Source of the DNA: Escherichia coli
GTDB taxonomy: Bacteria; Pseudomonadota; Gammaproteobacteria; Enterobacterales; Enterobacteriaceae
Reading direction: 5' to 3' (one strand)
Assembly (NCBI RefSeq): GCF_051903065.1
Contig: NZ_CP178438.1
Length of the DNA stretch: 64,000 nt
Every line of letters begins with the position of its first letter. Within the stretch, counting starts at the first letter, position 1. The notes below the pieces were generated by a model that searched no databases, was not told the DNA's origin, and saw nothing but the letters and a program-made list of their open reading frames with translations. Both the position numbers and the translations under genes were made by a program. Positions 1 through 11,301 of this stretch are shown here, piece after piece.

Positions 1-148
1 CATGTCACGTTGGGCTTTTTTTGCGAAATCAGTGGGAACCTGGAATAAAAGCAGTTGCCGCAGTTAATTTTCTGCGCTTAGATGTTAATGAATTTAACCC
101 ATACCAGTACAATGGCTATGGTTTTTACATTTTACGCAAGGGGCAATT

Positions 149-1153
149 GTGAAACTGGATGAAATCGCTCGGCTGGCGGGAGTGTCGCGGACCACTGCAA
201 GCTATGTTATTAACGGCAAAGCGAAGCAATACCGTGTGAGCGACAAAACCGTTGAAAAAGTCATGGCTGTCGTGCGTGAGCACAATTACCACCCGAACGC
301 CGTGGCAGCTGGGCTTCGTGCTGGACGCACACGTTCTATTGGTCTTGTGATCCCCGATCTGGAGAACACCAGCTATACCCGCATCGCTAACTATCTTGAA
401 CGCCAGGCGCGGCAACGGGGGTATCAACTGCTGATTGCCTGCTCAGAAGATCAGCCAGACAACGAAATGCGCTGTATTGAGCACCTTTTACAGCGTCAGG
501 TCGATGCCATTATTGTTTCGACGTCGTTGCCTCCTGAGCATCCTTTTTATCAACGCTGGGCTAACGACCCGTTCCCGATTGTCGCGCTTGACCGCGCCCT
601 CGATCGTGAACACTTTACCAGCGTGGTTGGTGCCGATCAGGATGATGCCGAAATGCTGGCGGAAGAGTTACGTAAGTTTCCCGCCGAGACGGTGCTTTAT
701 CTTGGCGCGCTGCCGGAGCTTTCTGTCAGCTTCCTGCGTGAACAAGGTTTCCGTACTGCCTGGAAAGATGATCCGCGCGAAGTGCATTTTCTGTATGCCA
801 ACAGCTATGAGCGGGAGGCGGCTGCCCAGTTATTCGAAAAATGGCTGGAAACGCATCCGATGCCGCAGGCGCTGTTCACAACGTCGTTTGCGTTGTTGCA
901 AGGGGTGATGGATGTCACGCTACGTCGCGATGGTAAACTGCCTTCTGACCTGGCAATTGCCACCTTTGGCGATAACGAACTGCTCGACTTCTTACAGTGC
1001 CCGGTGCTGGCAGTGGCTCAACGTCACCGCGATGTCGCAGAGCGTGTGCTGGAGATTGTCCTGGCAAGCCTGGACGAACCACGTAAGCCAAAACCTGGTT
1101 TAACGCGCATTAAACGTAATCTCTATCGCCGCGGCGTGCTCAGCCGTAGCTAA
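149..1153 (+). CDS. cra: Catabolite repressor/activator Cra (FruR), LacI-family regulator
   Basis: 334-codon ORF with GTG start at 149; N-terminal HTH ([15 protein letters not shown]) and periplasmic-binding-like fold typical of LacI/GalR family; matches Cra in length and sequence as recalled. Confidence 0.96.
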   Translation: MKLDEIARLAGVSRTTASYVINGKAKQYRVSDKTVEKVMAVVREHNYHPNAVAAGLRAGRTRSIGLVIPDLENTSYTRIANYLERQARQRGYQLLIACSEDQPDNEMRCIEHLLQRQVDAIIVSTSLPPEHPFYQRWANDPFPIVALDRALDREHFTSVVGADQDDAEMLAEELRKFPAETVLYLGALPELSVSFLREQGFRTAWKDDPREVHFLYANSYEREAAAQLFEKWLETHPMPQALFTTSFALLQGVMDVTLRRDGKLPSDLAIATFGDNELLDFLQCPVLAVAQRHRDVAERVLEIVLASLDEPRKPKPGLTRIKRNLYRRGVLSRS

Positions 1154-1169
1154 GCTGCGAACAAAAATA

Positions 1170-1197
1170 CGCGCCAGGTGAATTTCACTCTGGCGCG
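1170..1197 (+). terminator. Inverted repeat (8-bp stem CGCGCCAG/CTGGCGCG, 12-nt loop) 17 nt after cra stop; possible cra 3' hairpin, no U-tract
   Basis: Perfect inverted repeat read directly from sequence; IS1 is inserted immediately 3' of it. Confidence 0.35.
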
Positions 1198-1199
1198 TA
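1191..1199. repeat. IS1 target-site duplication, left copy (TGGCGCGTA)
   Basis: Identical 9-mer found again at 1968-1976, immediately flanking both IS1 ends. Confidence 0.85.
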
Positions 1200-1254
1200 G
1201 GTGATGCTGCCAACTTACTGATTTAGTGTATGATGGTGTTTTTGAGGTGCTCCA

Positions 1255-1530
1255 GTGGCTTCTGTTTCTATCAGCTGTCCCTCCTGTTCAGCTACTGACG
1301 GGGTGGTGCGTAACGGCAAAAGCACCGCCGGACATCAGCGCTATCTCTGCTCTCACTGCCGTAAAACATGGCAACTGCAGTTCACTTACACCGCTTCTCA
1401 ACCCGGTACGCACCAGAAAATCATTGATATGGCCATGAATGGCGTTGGATGCCGGGCAACAGCCCGCATTATGGGCGTTGGCCTCAACACGATTTTACGT
1501 CACTTAAAAAACTCAGGCCGCAGTCGGTAA
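1255..1530 (+). CDS. insA: IS1 InsA (transposition inhibitor / N-terminal part of InsAB' transposase)
   Basis: 91-aa ORF with zinc-finger-like CPSC...CSHC motif and HTH, typical IS1 InsA. Confidence 0.93.
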
Positions 1531-1952
1531 CCTCGCGCATACAGCCGGGCAGTGACGTCATCGTCTGCGCGGAAATGGACGAACAGTGGGGCTATGTCGG
1601 GGCTAAATCGCGCCAGCGCTGGCTGTTTTACGCGTATGACAGGCTCCGGAAGACGGTTGTTGCGCACGTATTCGGTGAACGCACTATGGCGACGCTGGGG
1701 CGTCTTATGAGCCTGCTGTCACCCTTTGACGTGGTGATATGGATGACGGATGGCTGGCCGCTGTATGAATCCCGCCTGAAGGGAAAGCTGCACGTAATCA
1801 GCAAGCGATATACGCAGCGAATTGAGCGGCATAACCTGAATCTGAGGCAGCACCTGGCACGGCTGGGACGGAAGTCGCTGTCGTTCTCAAAATCGGTGGA
1901 GCTGCATGACAAAGTCATCGGGCATTATCTGAACATAAAACACTATCAATAA
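1449..1952 (+). CDS. insB: IS1 InsB reading frame (expressed as InsAB' fusion by -1 frameshift)
   Basis: 167-codon ORF in the -1 frame relative to insA, overlapping its 3' end; matches IS1 InsB. Confidence 0.9.
1504..1514 (+). other. IS1 programmed -1 ribosomal frameshift motif (A6C slippery run)
   Basis: TTAAAAAACTC located in the insA/insB overlap, at the position expected for IS1 frameshifting. Confidence 0.6.
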
Positions 1953-1967
1953 GTTGGAGTCATTACC

Positions 1968-1976
1968 TGGCGCGTA
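1968..1976. repeat. IS1 target-site duplication, right copy (TGGCGCGTA)
   Basis: Direct repeat of 1191-1199. Confidence 0.85.
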
Positions 1977-2450
1977 GAGTACGGGACTGGACATCAATAT
2001 CCTTAAAGTAAATAAGACTATTCCTGACTATTATTGATAAATGCTTTTAAACCCGCCCATTAATTAACTCACCAGCTGAAATTCACAATAATTAAGTGAT
2101 ATCGACAGCGCGTTTTTGCATTATTTTGTTACATGCAGAGATGAATTGCCGATTTAACAAGCACTTTTCTTTGCTTTTGCGCAAACCCGCTGGCATCAAG
2201 CGCTACACAGACGCAACAGGGACTGTTAACCGGGGAAGATATGTCCTAAAATGCCGCTCGCGTCGCAAACTGACACTTTATATTTGCTGTGGAAAATAGT
2301 GAGTCATTTTAAAACGGTGATGACGATGAGGGTTTTTTTCTTACAGCTATTCATAACGTTAATTTGCTTCGCACGTTGGACGTAAAATAAACAACGCTGA
2401 TATTAGCCGTAAACATCGGGTTTTTTACCTCGGTATGCCTTGTGACTGGC

Positions 2451-2480
2451 TTGACAAGCTTTTCCTCCGCTCCGTAAACT
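2451..2480 (+). promoter_or_regulatory. Candidate Pmra promoter of the dcw cluster (-35 TTGACA at 2451-2456, -10 TAAACT at 2475-2480)
   Basis: Consensus -35 hexamer with 18-bp spacer to a -10-like hexamer, about 50 bp upstream of mraZ ATG; position consistent with the described mra promoter. Confidence 0.6.
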
Positions 2481-2487
2481 CCTTTCA

Positions 2488-2512
2488 GTGGGAAATTGTG
2501 GGGCAAAGTGGG
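2488..2512 (+). promoter_or_regulatory. Three direct GTGGG repeats at 10-bp spacing; MraZ operator-like
   Basis: GTGGG at 2488, 2498 and 2508 between the promoter and the mraZ start; MraZ is described as binding direct TGGGN repeats in this position. Confidence 0.6.
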
Positions 2513-2531
2513 AATAAGGGGTGAGGCTGGC

Positions 2532-2990
2532 ATGTTCCGGGGAGCAACGTTAGTCAATCTCGACAGCAAAGGGCGCTTATCAGTGCCTACCCGTTATCGG
2601 GAACAGCTGCTTGAGAACGCTGCCGGTCAAATGGTTTGCACCATTGACATTCATCACCCGTGCCTGCTGCTTTACCCCCTGCCTGAATGGGAAATTATCG
2701 AGCAAAAATTATCGCGTCTGTCGAGCATGAACCCGGTTGAGCGCCGTGTGCAGCGCCTACTGTTAGGTCATGCCAGCGAATGTCAGATGGATGGCGCAGG
2801 TCGATTGTTAATCGCGCCAGTACTGCGGCAACATGCCGGGCTGACAAAAGAAGTGATGCTGGTTGGACAGTTCAACAAGTTTGAGCTGTGGGATGAAACA
2901 ACCTGGCATCAACAGGTCAAGGAAGATATCGACGCAGAGCAGTTGGCTACCGGAGACTTATCGGAGCGACTGCAGGACTTGTCTCTATAA
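2532..2990 (+). CDS. mraZ: Transcriptional regulator MraZ
   Basis: 152-aa product starting [16 protein letters not shown] within the 2496-2990 ORF; first gene of the dcw cluster. Confidence 0.96.
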
Positions 2991-2991
2991 A

Positions 2992-3933
2992 ATGATGGAA
3001 AACTATAAACATACTACGGTGCTGTTGGATGAAGCCGTTAATGGCCTCAATATCCGTCCTGATGGCATCTACATTGATGGGACTTTTGGTCGCGGTGGTC
3101 ACTCACGTCTGATCCTCTCGCAGCTTGGCGAAGAGGGGCGTTTGCTGGCGATCGATCGCGACCCGCAGGCTATCGCCGTTGCGAAGACTATTGATGATCC
3201 GCGCTTCTCCATCATCCACGGACCTTTCTCCGCGCTGGGCGAATACGTTGCCGAGCGCGATCTTATCGGCAAGATCGACGGCATTCTCCTCGATCTTGGT
3301 GTCTCTTCACCGCAACTTGATGATGCTGAACGCGGCTTTTCCTTTATGCGCGATGGTCCGCTGGACATGCGTATGGACCCAACCCGTGGGCAGTCAGCCG
3401 CTGAATGGCTACAAACCGCAGAAGAAGCCGATATCGCCTGGGTATTGAAAACCTATGGTGAAGAGCGTTTTGCCAAACGCATTGCCCGCGCCATTGTCGA
3501 GCGTAACCGCGAACAGCCGATGACCCGCACCAAAGAACTGGCGGAAGTCGTGGCTGCTGCAACGCCGGTGAAAGATAAGTTTAAACATCCCGCGACCCGT
3601 ACCTTCCAGGCGGTGCGCATTTGGGTAAACAGTGAACTGGAGGAGATAGAGCAGGCGCTAAAAAGCTCGCTCAACGTGCTGGCCCCGGGGGGGCGGCTTT
3701 CGATCATCAGCTTCCACTCGCTGGAAGACCGTATTGTGAAACGTTTTATGCGTGAAAACAGCCGCGGTCCGCAAGTTCCGGCAGGGTTACCGATGACTGA
3801 AGAGCAGCTCAAAAAACTGGGTGGCCGTCAGCTGCGAGCACTAGGCAAGTTAATGCCGGGCGAAGAAGAGGTGGCTGAGAACCCTCGTGCCCGTAGTTCA
3901 GTTCTGCGTATTGCAGAGAGGACGAACGCATGA
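2992..3933 (+). CDS. rsmH: 16S rRNA m4C1402 methyltransferase RsmH (MraW)
   Basis: 313-aa product starting [16 protein letters not shown]; SAM-binding motifs; start chosen inside the longer 2863-3933 ORF, one nt after mraZ stop. Confidence 0.95.
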
Positions 3934-4295
3934 TCAGCAGAGTGACAGAAGCTCTAAGCAAAGTTAAAGGATCGATGGGAAGCCACGAGCGCCATGCATT
4001 GCCTGGTGTTATCGGTGACGATCTTTTGCGATTTGGGAAGCTGCCACTCTGCCTGTTCATTTGCATTATTTTGACGGCGGTGACCGTGGTAACCACGGCG
4101 CACCATACCCGTTTACTGACCGCTCAGCGCGAACAACTGGTGCTGGAGCGAGATGCTTTAGACATTGAATGGCGCAACCTGATCCTTGAAGAGAATGCGC
4201 TCGGCGACCATAGCCGGGTGGAAAGGATCGCCACGGAAAAGCTGCAAATGCAGCATGTTGATCCGTCACAAGAAAATATCGTAGTGCAAAAATAA
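3930..4295 (+). CDS. ftsL: Cell division protein FtsL
   Basis: 121-aa bitopic membrane protein with leucine-zipper-like periplasmic region; ATGA overlap with rsmH stop. Confidence 0.95.
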
Positions 4296-4310
4296 GGATA
4301 AACGCGACGC

Positions 4311-6077
4311 ATGAAAGCAGCGGCGAAAACGCAGAAACCAAAACGTCAGGAAGAACATGCCAACTTTATCAGTTGGCGTTTTGCGTTGTTATGCGGCTGT
4401 ATTCTCCTGGCGCTGGCTTTTCTGCTCGGACGCGTAGCGTGGTTACAAGTTATCTCCCCGGATATGCTGGTGAAAGAGGGCGACATGCGTTCTCTTCGCG
4501 TTCAGCAAGTTTCCACCTCCCGCGGCATGATTACTGACCGTTCTGGTCGCCCGTTAGCGGTGAGCGTGCCGGTAAAAGCGATTTGGGCTGACCCGAAAGA
4601 AGTGCATGACGCTGGCGGTATCAGCGTCGGTGACCGCTGGAAGGCGCTGGCTAACGCGCTCAATATTCCGCTGGATCAGCTTTCAGCCCGCATTAACGCC
4701 AACCCGAAAGGGCGCTTTATTTATCTGGCGCGTCAGGTAAACCCTGACATGGCGGACTACATCAAAAAACTGAAACTGCCGGGGATTCATCTGCGTGAAG
4801 AATCTCGCCGTTATTATCCATCCGGCGAAGTGACTGCTCACCTCATCGGCTTTACTAACGTCGATAGCCAGGGGATTGAGGGCGTCGAGAAGAGTTTCGA
4901 TAAATGGCTTACCGGGCAGCCGGGTGAGCGCATTGTGCGTAAAGACCGCTATGGTCGCGTAATTGAAGATATTTCTTCTACTGACAGCCAGGCTGCGCAC
5001 AACCTGGCGCTGAGTATTGATGAACGCCTGCAGGCGCTGGTTTATCGCGAACTGAACAATGCGGTGGCCTTTAACAAGGCTGAATCTGGTAGCGCCGTGC
5101 TGGTGGATGTCAACACCGGTGAAGTGCTGGCGATGGCTAACAGCCCATCATACAACCCTAACAATCTGAGTGGCACGCCGAAAGAGGCGATGCGTAACCG
5201 TACCATCACCGACGTGTTTGAACCGGGCTCAACGGTTAAACCGATGGTGGTGATGACTGCGTTGCAACGTGGCGTGGTGCGGGAAAACTCGGTACTCAAT
5301 ACCATTCCTTATCGAATTAACGGCCACGAAATCAAAGACGTGGCACGCTACAGCGAATTAACCCTGACCGGGGTATTACAGAAGTCGAGTAACGTCGGTG
5401 TTTCCAAGCTGGCGTTAGCGATGCCGTCCTCAGCGTTAGTAGATACTTACTCACGTTTTGGACTGGGAAAAGCGACCAATTTGGGGTTGGTCGGAGAACG
5501 CAGTGGCTTATATCCTCAAAAACAACGGTGGTCTGACATAGAGAGGGCCACCTTCTCTTTCGGCTACGGGCTAATGGTAACACCGTTACAGTTAGCGCGA
5601 GTCTACGCAACTATCGGCAGCTACGGCATTTATCGCCCACTGTCGATTACGAAAGTTGACCCCCCGGTTCCCGGTGAACGTGTCTTCCCGGAATCCATTG
5701 TCCGCACCGTGGTGCATATGATGGAAAGCGTGGCGCTACCGGGCGGCGGCGGCGTGAAGGCGGCGATTAAAGGCTATCGTATCGCCATTAAAACCGGTAC
5801 CGCGAAAAAGGTCGGGCCGGACGGTCGCTACATCAATAAATATATTGCTTATACCGCAGGCGTTGCGCCTGCGAGTCAGCCGCGCTTCGCGCTGGTTGTT
5901 GTTATCAACGATCCGCAGGCGGGTAAATACTACGGCGGCGCCGTTTCCGCGCCGGTCTTTGGTGCCATCATGGGCGGCGTATTGCGTACCATGAACATCG
6001 AGCCGGATGCGCTGACAACGGGCGATAAAAATGAATTTGTGATTAATCAAGGCGAGGGGACAGGTGGCAGATCGTAA
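4311..6077 (+). CDS. ftsI: Peptidoglycan D,D-transpeptidase FtsI (PBP3)
   Basis: 588-aa ORF with N-terminal TM anchor and transpeptidase motifs (STVK, SSN, KTG). Confidence 0.97.
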
Positions 6078-7551
6078 TTTGCGCGACCTTCTTGCTCCGT
6101 GGGTGCCAGACGCACCTTCGCGAGCACTGCGAGAGATGACACTCGACAGCCGTGTGGCTGCGGCGGGCGATCTCTTTGTAGCTGTAGTAGGTCATCAGGC
6201 GGACGGGCGTCGATATATCCCGCAGGCGATAGCGCAAGGTGTGGCTGCCATTATTGCAGAGGCGAAAGATGAGGCGACCGACGGTGAAATCCGTGAAATG
6301 CACGGCGTACCGGTCATCTATCTCAGCCAGCTCAATGAGCGTTTATCTGCACTGGCGGGCCGCTTTTACCATGAACCCTCTGACAATTTACGTCTCGTAG
6401 GCGTAACGGGCACCAACGGCAAAACCACGACTACCCAGCTGCTGGCGCAGTGGAGCCAACTGCTTGGCGAAACCAGCGCGGTAATGGGCACCGTTGGTAA
6501 CGGTCTGCTTGGGAAAGTGATCCCGACAGAAAATACTACCGGTTCCGCAGTCGATGTTCAGCATGAGCTGGCGGGGCTGGTGGATCAGGGCGCGACTTTT
6601 TGCGCAATGGAAGTTTCCTCCCACGGGCTGGTACAGCACCGTGTGGCGGCATTGAAATTTGCGGCGTCGGTCTTTACCAACTTAAGCCGCGATCACCTTG
6701 ATTATCATGGTGATATGGAACACTACGAAGCCGCGAAATGGCTGCTTTATTCTGAGCATCATTGCGGTCAGGCGATTATTAACGCCGACGATGAAGTGGG
6801 CCGCCGCTGGCTGGCAAAACTGCCGGACGCGGTTGCGGTATCAATGGAAGATAATATTAATCCGAACTGTCACGGACGCTGGTTAAAAGCGAGCGACGTG
6901 AACTATCACGACAGCGGTGCGACGATTCGCTTTAGCTCAAGTTGGGGCGATGGCGAAATTGAAAGCCATCTGATGGGCGCTTTTAACGTCAGCAACCTGC
7001 TGCTCGCGCTGGCGACACTGTTGGCACTCGGCTATCCATTGGCTGATCTGTTGAAAACCGCCGCGCGTCTGCAACCGGTTTGCGGACGTATGGAAGTGTT
7101 CACTGCGCCAGGCAAACCGACGGTGGTGGTGGATTACGCGCATACACCGGATGCACTGGAAAAAGCCTTACAGGCGGCGCGTCTGCACTGTGCGGGCAAG
7201 CTGTGGTGTGTCTTTGGCTGTGGTGGCGATCGCGATAAAGGTAAGCGTCCACTGATGGGCGCAATTGCCGAAGAGTTTGCTGACGTGGCGGTGGTGACGG
7301 ACGATAACCCGCGTACCGAAGAACCGCGTGCCATCATCAACGATATTCTGGCGGGAATGTTAGATGCCGGACATGCCAAAGTGATGGAAGGCCGTGCTGA
7401 AGCGGTGACTTGCGCCGTTATGCAGGCTAAAGAGAACGATGTGGTGCTGGTCGCGGGCAAAGGCCATGAAGATTACCAGATTGTTGGCAATCAGCGTCTG
7501 GACTACTCCGATCGCGTCACGGTGGCGCGTCTGCTGGGGGTGATTGCATGA
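6064..7551 (+). CDS. murE: UDP-MurNAc-tripeptide synthetase (meso-DAP adding) MurE
   Basis: 495-codon ORF, GTG start overlapping ftsI 3' end; Mur ligase P-loop GTNGKTT. Confidence 0.96.
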
Positions 7552-8906
7552 TTAGCGTAACCCTTAGCCAACTTACCGACATTCTCAACGGTGAACTGCA
7601 AGGTGCAGATATCACCCTTGATGCTGTAACCACTGATACCCGAAAACTGACGCCGGGCTGCCTGTTTGTTGCCCTGAAAGGCGAACGTTTCGATGCTCAT
7701 GATTTTGCCGACCAGGCGAAAGCTGGCGGCGCAGGCGCACTACTGGTTAGCCGTCCGCTGGACATCGACCTGCCGCAGTTAATCGTCAAGGATACGCGTC
7801 TGGCGTTTGGTGAACTGGCTGCATGGGTTCGCCAGCAAGTTCCGGCGCGCGTGGTTGCTCTGACGGGGTCCTCCGGCAAAACCTCCGTTAAAGAGATGAC
7901 GGCGGCGATTTTAAGCCAGTGCGGCAACACGCTTTATACGGCAGGCAATCTCAACAACGACATCGGTGTACCGATGACGCTGTTGCGCTTAACGCCGGAA
8001 TACGATTACGCAGTTATTGAACTTGGCGCGAACCATCAGGGCGAAATTGCCTGGACTGTGAGTCTGACTCGCCCGGAAGCTGCGCTGGTCAACAACCTGG
8101 CAGCGGCGCATCTGGAAGGTTTTGGCTCGCTTGCGGGTGTCGCGAAAGCGAAAGGTGAAATCTTTAGCGGCCTGCCGGAAAACGGTATCGCCATTATGAA
8201 CGCCGACAACAACGACTGGCTGAACTGGCAGAGCGTAATTGGCTCACGCAAAGTGTGGCGTTTCTCACCCAATGCCGCCAACAGCGATTTCACCGCCACC
8301 AATATCCATGTGACCTCGCACGGTACGGAATTTACCCTGCAAACCCCAACCGGTAGCGTGGATGTTCTGCTGCCGTTGCCGGGGCGTCACAATATTGCGA
8401 ATGCGCTGGCAGCCGCTGCGCTCTCCATGTCCGTGGGCGCAACGCTTGATGCTATCAAAGCGGGGCTGGCAAATCTGAAAGCTGTTCCAGGCCGTCTGTT
8501 CCCCATCCAACTGGCAGAAAACCAGTTGCTGCTCGACGACTCCTACAACGCCAATGTCGGTTCAATGACCGCAGCAGTCCAGGTACTGGCTGAAATGCCG
8601 GGCTACCGCGTGCTGGTGGTGGGCGATATGGCGGAACTGGGCGCTGAAAGCGAAGCCTGCCATGTACAGGTGGGCGAGGCGGCAAAAGCTGCTGGTATTG
8701 ACCGTGTGTTAAGCGTGGGTAAACAAAGCCATGCTATCAGCACCGCCAGCGGCGTTGGCGAACATTTTGCAGATAAAACAGCGCTTATCGCGCGTCTTAA
8801 ATCACTGATTGCTGAGCAACAGGTAATTACGATTTTAGTTAAGGGTTCACGTAGTGCCGCCATGGAAGAGGTAGTACGCGCTTTACAGGAGAATGGGACA
8901 TGTTAG
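7548..8906 (+). CDS. murF: UDP-MurNAc-pentapeptide synthetase MurF
   Basis: 452-aa ORF, ATGA overlap with murE; Mur ligase motif GSSGKTS. Confidence 0.96.
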   Translation: MISVTLSQLTDILNGELQGADITLDAVTTDTRKLTPGCLFVALKGERFDAHDFADQAKAGGAGALLVSRPLDIDLPQLIVKDTRLAFGELAAWVRQQVPARVVALTGSSGKTSVKEMTAAILSQCGNTLYTAGNLNNDIGVPMTLLRLTPEYDYAVIELGANHQGEIAWTVSLTRPEAALVNNLAAAHLEGFGSLAGVAKAKGEIFSGLPENGIAIMNADNNDWLNWQSVIGSRKVWRFSPNAANSDFTATNIHVTSHGTEFTLQTPTGSVDVLLPLPGRHNIANALAAAALSMSVGATLDAIKAGLANLKAVPGRLFPIQLAENQLLLDDSYNANVGSMTAAVQVLAEMPGYRVLVVGDMAELGAESEACHVQVGEAAKAAGIDRVLSVGKQSHAISTASGVGEHFADKTALIARLKSLIAEQQVITILVKGSRSAAMEEVVRALQENGTC

Positions 8907-9982
8907 TTTGGCTGGCCGAACATTTGGTCAAATATTATTCCGGCTTTAACGTCTTTTCCTATCTGACGTTTCGCGCCATCGTCAGCCTGCTGACCGCGCT
9001 GTTCATCTCATTGTGGATGGGCCCGCGTATGATTGCTCATTTGCAAAAACTTTCCTTTGGTCAGGTGGTGCGTAACGACGGTCCTGAATCACACTTCAGC
9101 AAGCGCGGTACGCCGACCATGGGCGGGATTATGATCCTGACGGCGATTGTGATCTCCGTACTGCTGTGGGCTTACCCGTCCAATCCGTACGTCTGGTGCG
9201 TGTTGGTGGTGCTGGTAGGTTACGGTGTTATTGGCTTTGTTGATGATTATCGCAAAGTGGTGCGTAAAGACACCAAAGGGTTGATCGCTCGTTGGAAGTA
9301 TTTCTGGATGTCGGTCATTGCGCTGGGTGTCGCCTTCGCGCTGTACCTTGTTGGCAAAGACACGCCCGCAACGCAGCTGGTGGTCCCATTCTTTAAAGAT
9401 GTGATGCCGCAACTGGGGCTGTTCTACATTCTGCTGGCTTACTTCGTCATTGTGGGTACTGGCAACGCGGTAAACCTGACCGATGGTCTTGACGGTCTGG
9501 CAATTATGCCGACCGTATTTGTCGCCGGTGGTTTTGCGCTGGTGGCGTGGGCGACCGGCAACATGAACTTTGCCAGCTATTTACACATACCGTATCTGCG
9601 ACACGCCGGGGAACTGGTTATTGTCTGTACCGCGATAGTCGGGGCAGGACTGGGCTTCCTGTGGTTTAACACCTATCCGGCGCAGGTCTTTATGGGCGAT
9701 GTAGGTTCGCTGGCGTTAGGTGGTGCGTTAGGCATTATCGCCGTACTGCTACGTCAGGAATTCCTGCTGGTGATTATGGGGGGCGTGTTCGTGGTAGAAA
9801 CGCTTTCTGTCATCCTGCAGGTCGGCTCCTTTAAACTGCGCGGACAACGTATTTTCCGCATGGCACCGATTCATCACCACTATGAACTGAAAGGCTGGCC
9901 GGAACCGCGCGTCATTGTGCGTTTCTGGATTATTTCGCTGATGCTGGTCCTGATTGGTCTGGCAACGCTGAAGGTACGTTAA
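8900..9982 (+). CDS. mraY: Phospho-MurNAc-pentapeptide translocase MraY
   Basis: 360-aa polytopic membrane protein; overlaps murF end. Confidence 0.96.
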   Translation: MLVWLAEHLVKYYSGFNVFSYLTFRAIVSLLTALFISLWMGPRMIAHLQKLSFGQVVRNDGPESHFSKRGTPTMGGIMILTAIVISVLLWAYPSNPYVWCVLVVLVGYGVIGFVDDYRKVVRKDTKGLIARWKYFWMSVIALGVAFALYLVGKDTPATQLVVPFFKDVMPQLGLFYILLAYFVIVGTGNAVNLTDGLDGLAIMPTVFVAGGFALVAWATGNMNFASYLHIPYLRHAGELVIVCTAIVGAGLGFLWFNTYPAQVFMGDVGSLALGGALGIIAVLLRQEFLLVIMGGVFVVETLSVILQVGSFKLRGQRIFRMAPIHHHYELKGWPEPRVIVRFWIISLMLVLIGLATLKVR

Positions 9983-9984
9983 TC

Positions 9985-11301
9985 ATGGCTGATTACCAGG
10001 GTAAAAATGTTGTCATTATCGGCCTGGGCCTCACCGGGCTTTCCTGCGTGGACTTTTTCCTCGCTCGCGGTGTGACGCCGCGCGTTATGGATACGCGTAT
10101 GACACCGCCTGGCCTGGATAAATTACCCGAAGCCGTAGAACGCCACACGGGCAGTCTGAATGATGAATGGCTGATGGCGGCAGATCTGATTGTCGCCAGT
10201 CCCGGTATTGCACTGGCGCATCCATCCTTAAGCGCTGCCGCTGATGCCGGAATCGAAATCGTTGGCGATATCGAGCTGTTCTGTCGCGAAGCACAAGCAC
10301 CGATTGTGGCGATTACCGGTTCTAACGGCAAAAGCACGGTCACCACGCTAGTGGGTGAAATGGCGAAAGCGGCGGGGGTTAACGTTGGTGTGGGTGGCAA
10401 TATTGGCCTGCCTGCGTTGATGCTACTGGATGATGAGTGTGAACTGTACGTGCTGGAACTGTCGAGCTTCCAGCTGGAAACCACCTCCAGCTTACAGGCG
10501 GTAGCAGCGACCATTCTGAACGTGACTGAAGATCATATGGATCGCTATCCGTTTGGTTTACAACAGTATCGTGCAGCAAAACTGCGCATTTACGAAAACG
10601 CGAAAGTTTGCGTGGTTAATGCTGATGATGCCTTAACAATGCCGATTCGCGGTGCGGATGAACGCTGCGTCAGCTTTGGCGTCAACATGGGTGACTATCA
10701 CCTGAATCATCAGCAGGGCGAAACCTGGCTGCGGGTGAAAGGCGAGAAAGTGCTGAACGTGAAAGAAATGAAACTTTCCGGGCAGCATAACTACACCAAT
10801 GCGCTCGCAGCACTGGCACTGGCAGACGCAGCTGGTTTGCCGCGCGCCAGCAGCCTGAAAGCATTAACCACATTCACTGGTCTGCCGCATCGCTTTGAAG
10901 TTGTGCTGGAGCATAACGGCGTACGTTGGATTAACGATTCAAAAGCGACCAACGTCGGCAGTACGGAAGCGGCGCTGAATGGCCTGCACGTAGACGGCAC
11001 GCTGCATTTGTTGCTGGGCGGTGATGGTAAATCGGCGGACTTTAGCCCACTGGCGCGTTACCTGAATGGCGATAACGTACGTCTGTATTGTTTCGGTCGT
11101 GACGGCGCGCAGCTGGCGGCGCTACGCCCGGAAGTGGCAGAACAAACCGAAACTATGGAACAGGCGATGCGCTTGCTGGCTCCGCGTGTTCAGCCGGGCG
11201 ATATGGTTCTGCTCTCCCCGGCCTGTGCCAGCCTTGATCAGTTCAAGAACTTTGAACAACGAGGCAATGAGTTTGCCCGTCTGGCGAAGGAGTTAGGTTG
11301 A
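9985..11301 (+). CDS. murD: UDP-MurNAc-L-Ala:D-Glu ligase MurD
   Basis: 438-aa ORF with Mur ligase P-loop GSNGKSTV. Confidence 0.96.

Larger units (their letters stand above)
1200..1967 (+). mobile_element. IS1 insertion sequence (768 bp)
   Basis: Terminal inverted repeats GGTGATGCTGCCAACTTACTGAT (1200-1222) and ATCAATAAGTTGGAGTCATTACC (1945-1967); internal insA and insB ORFs; 768-bp length; 9-bp flanking direct repeat. Confidence 0.95.

Noticed and set aside
1-148. T-run (16-22) after a GC-rich segment at the very start of the window, possibly the tail of the upstream gene's terminator
   Set aside because: The upstream half of any hairpin lies outside the window, so it cannot be supported from this sequence alone.
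435-908. 157-codon alternative-frame ORF inside cra (similar nested ORFs throughout, e.g. 3125-3448, 8455-8685, 12910-13179)
   Set aside because: Fully nested in other frames of confidently assigned genes, with no independent signals; typical overlapping-frame noise in GC-rich coding sequence.
2096-2299. 67-codon ORF in the IS1-to-mraZ spacer
   Set aside because: Lies in an AT-rich promoter region with no convincing Shine-Dalgarno sequence; its product is Cys/Arg-rich with no recognisable features; most likely a chance ORF.
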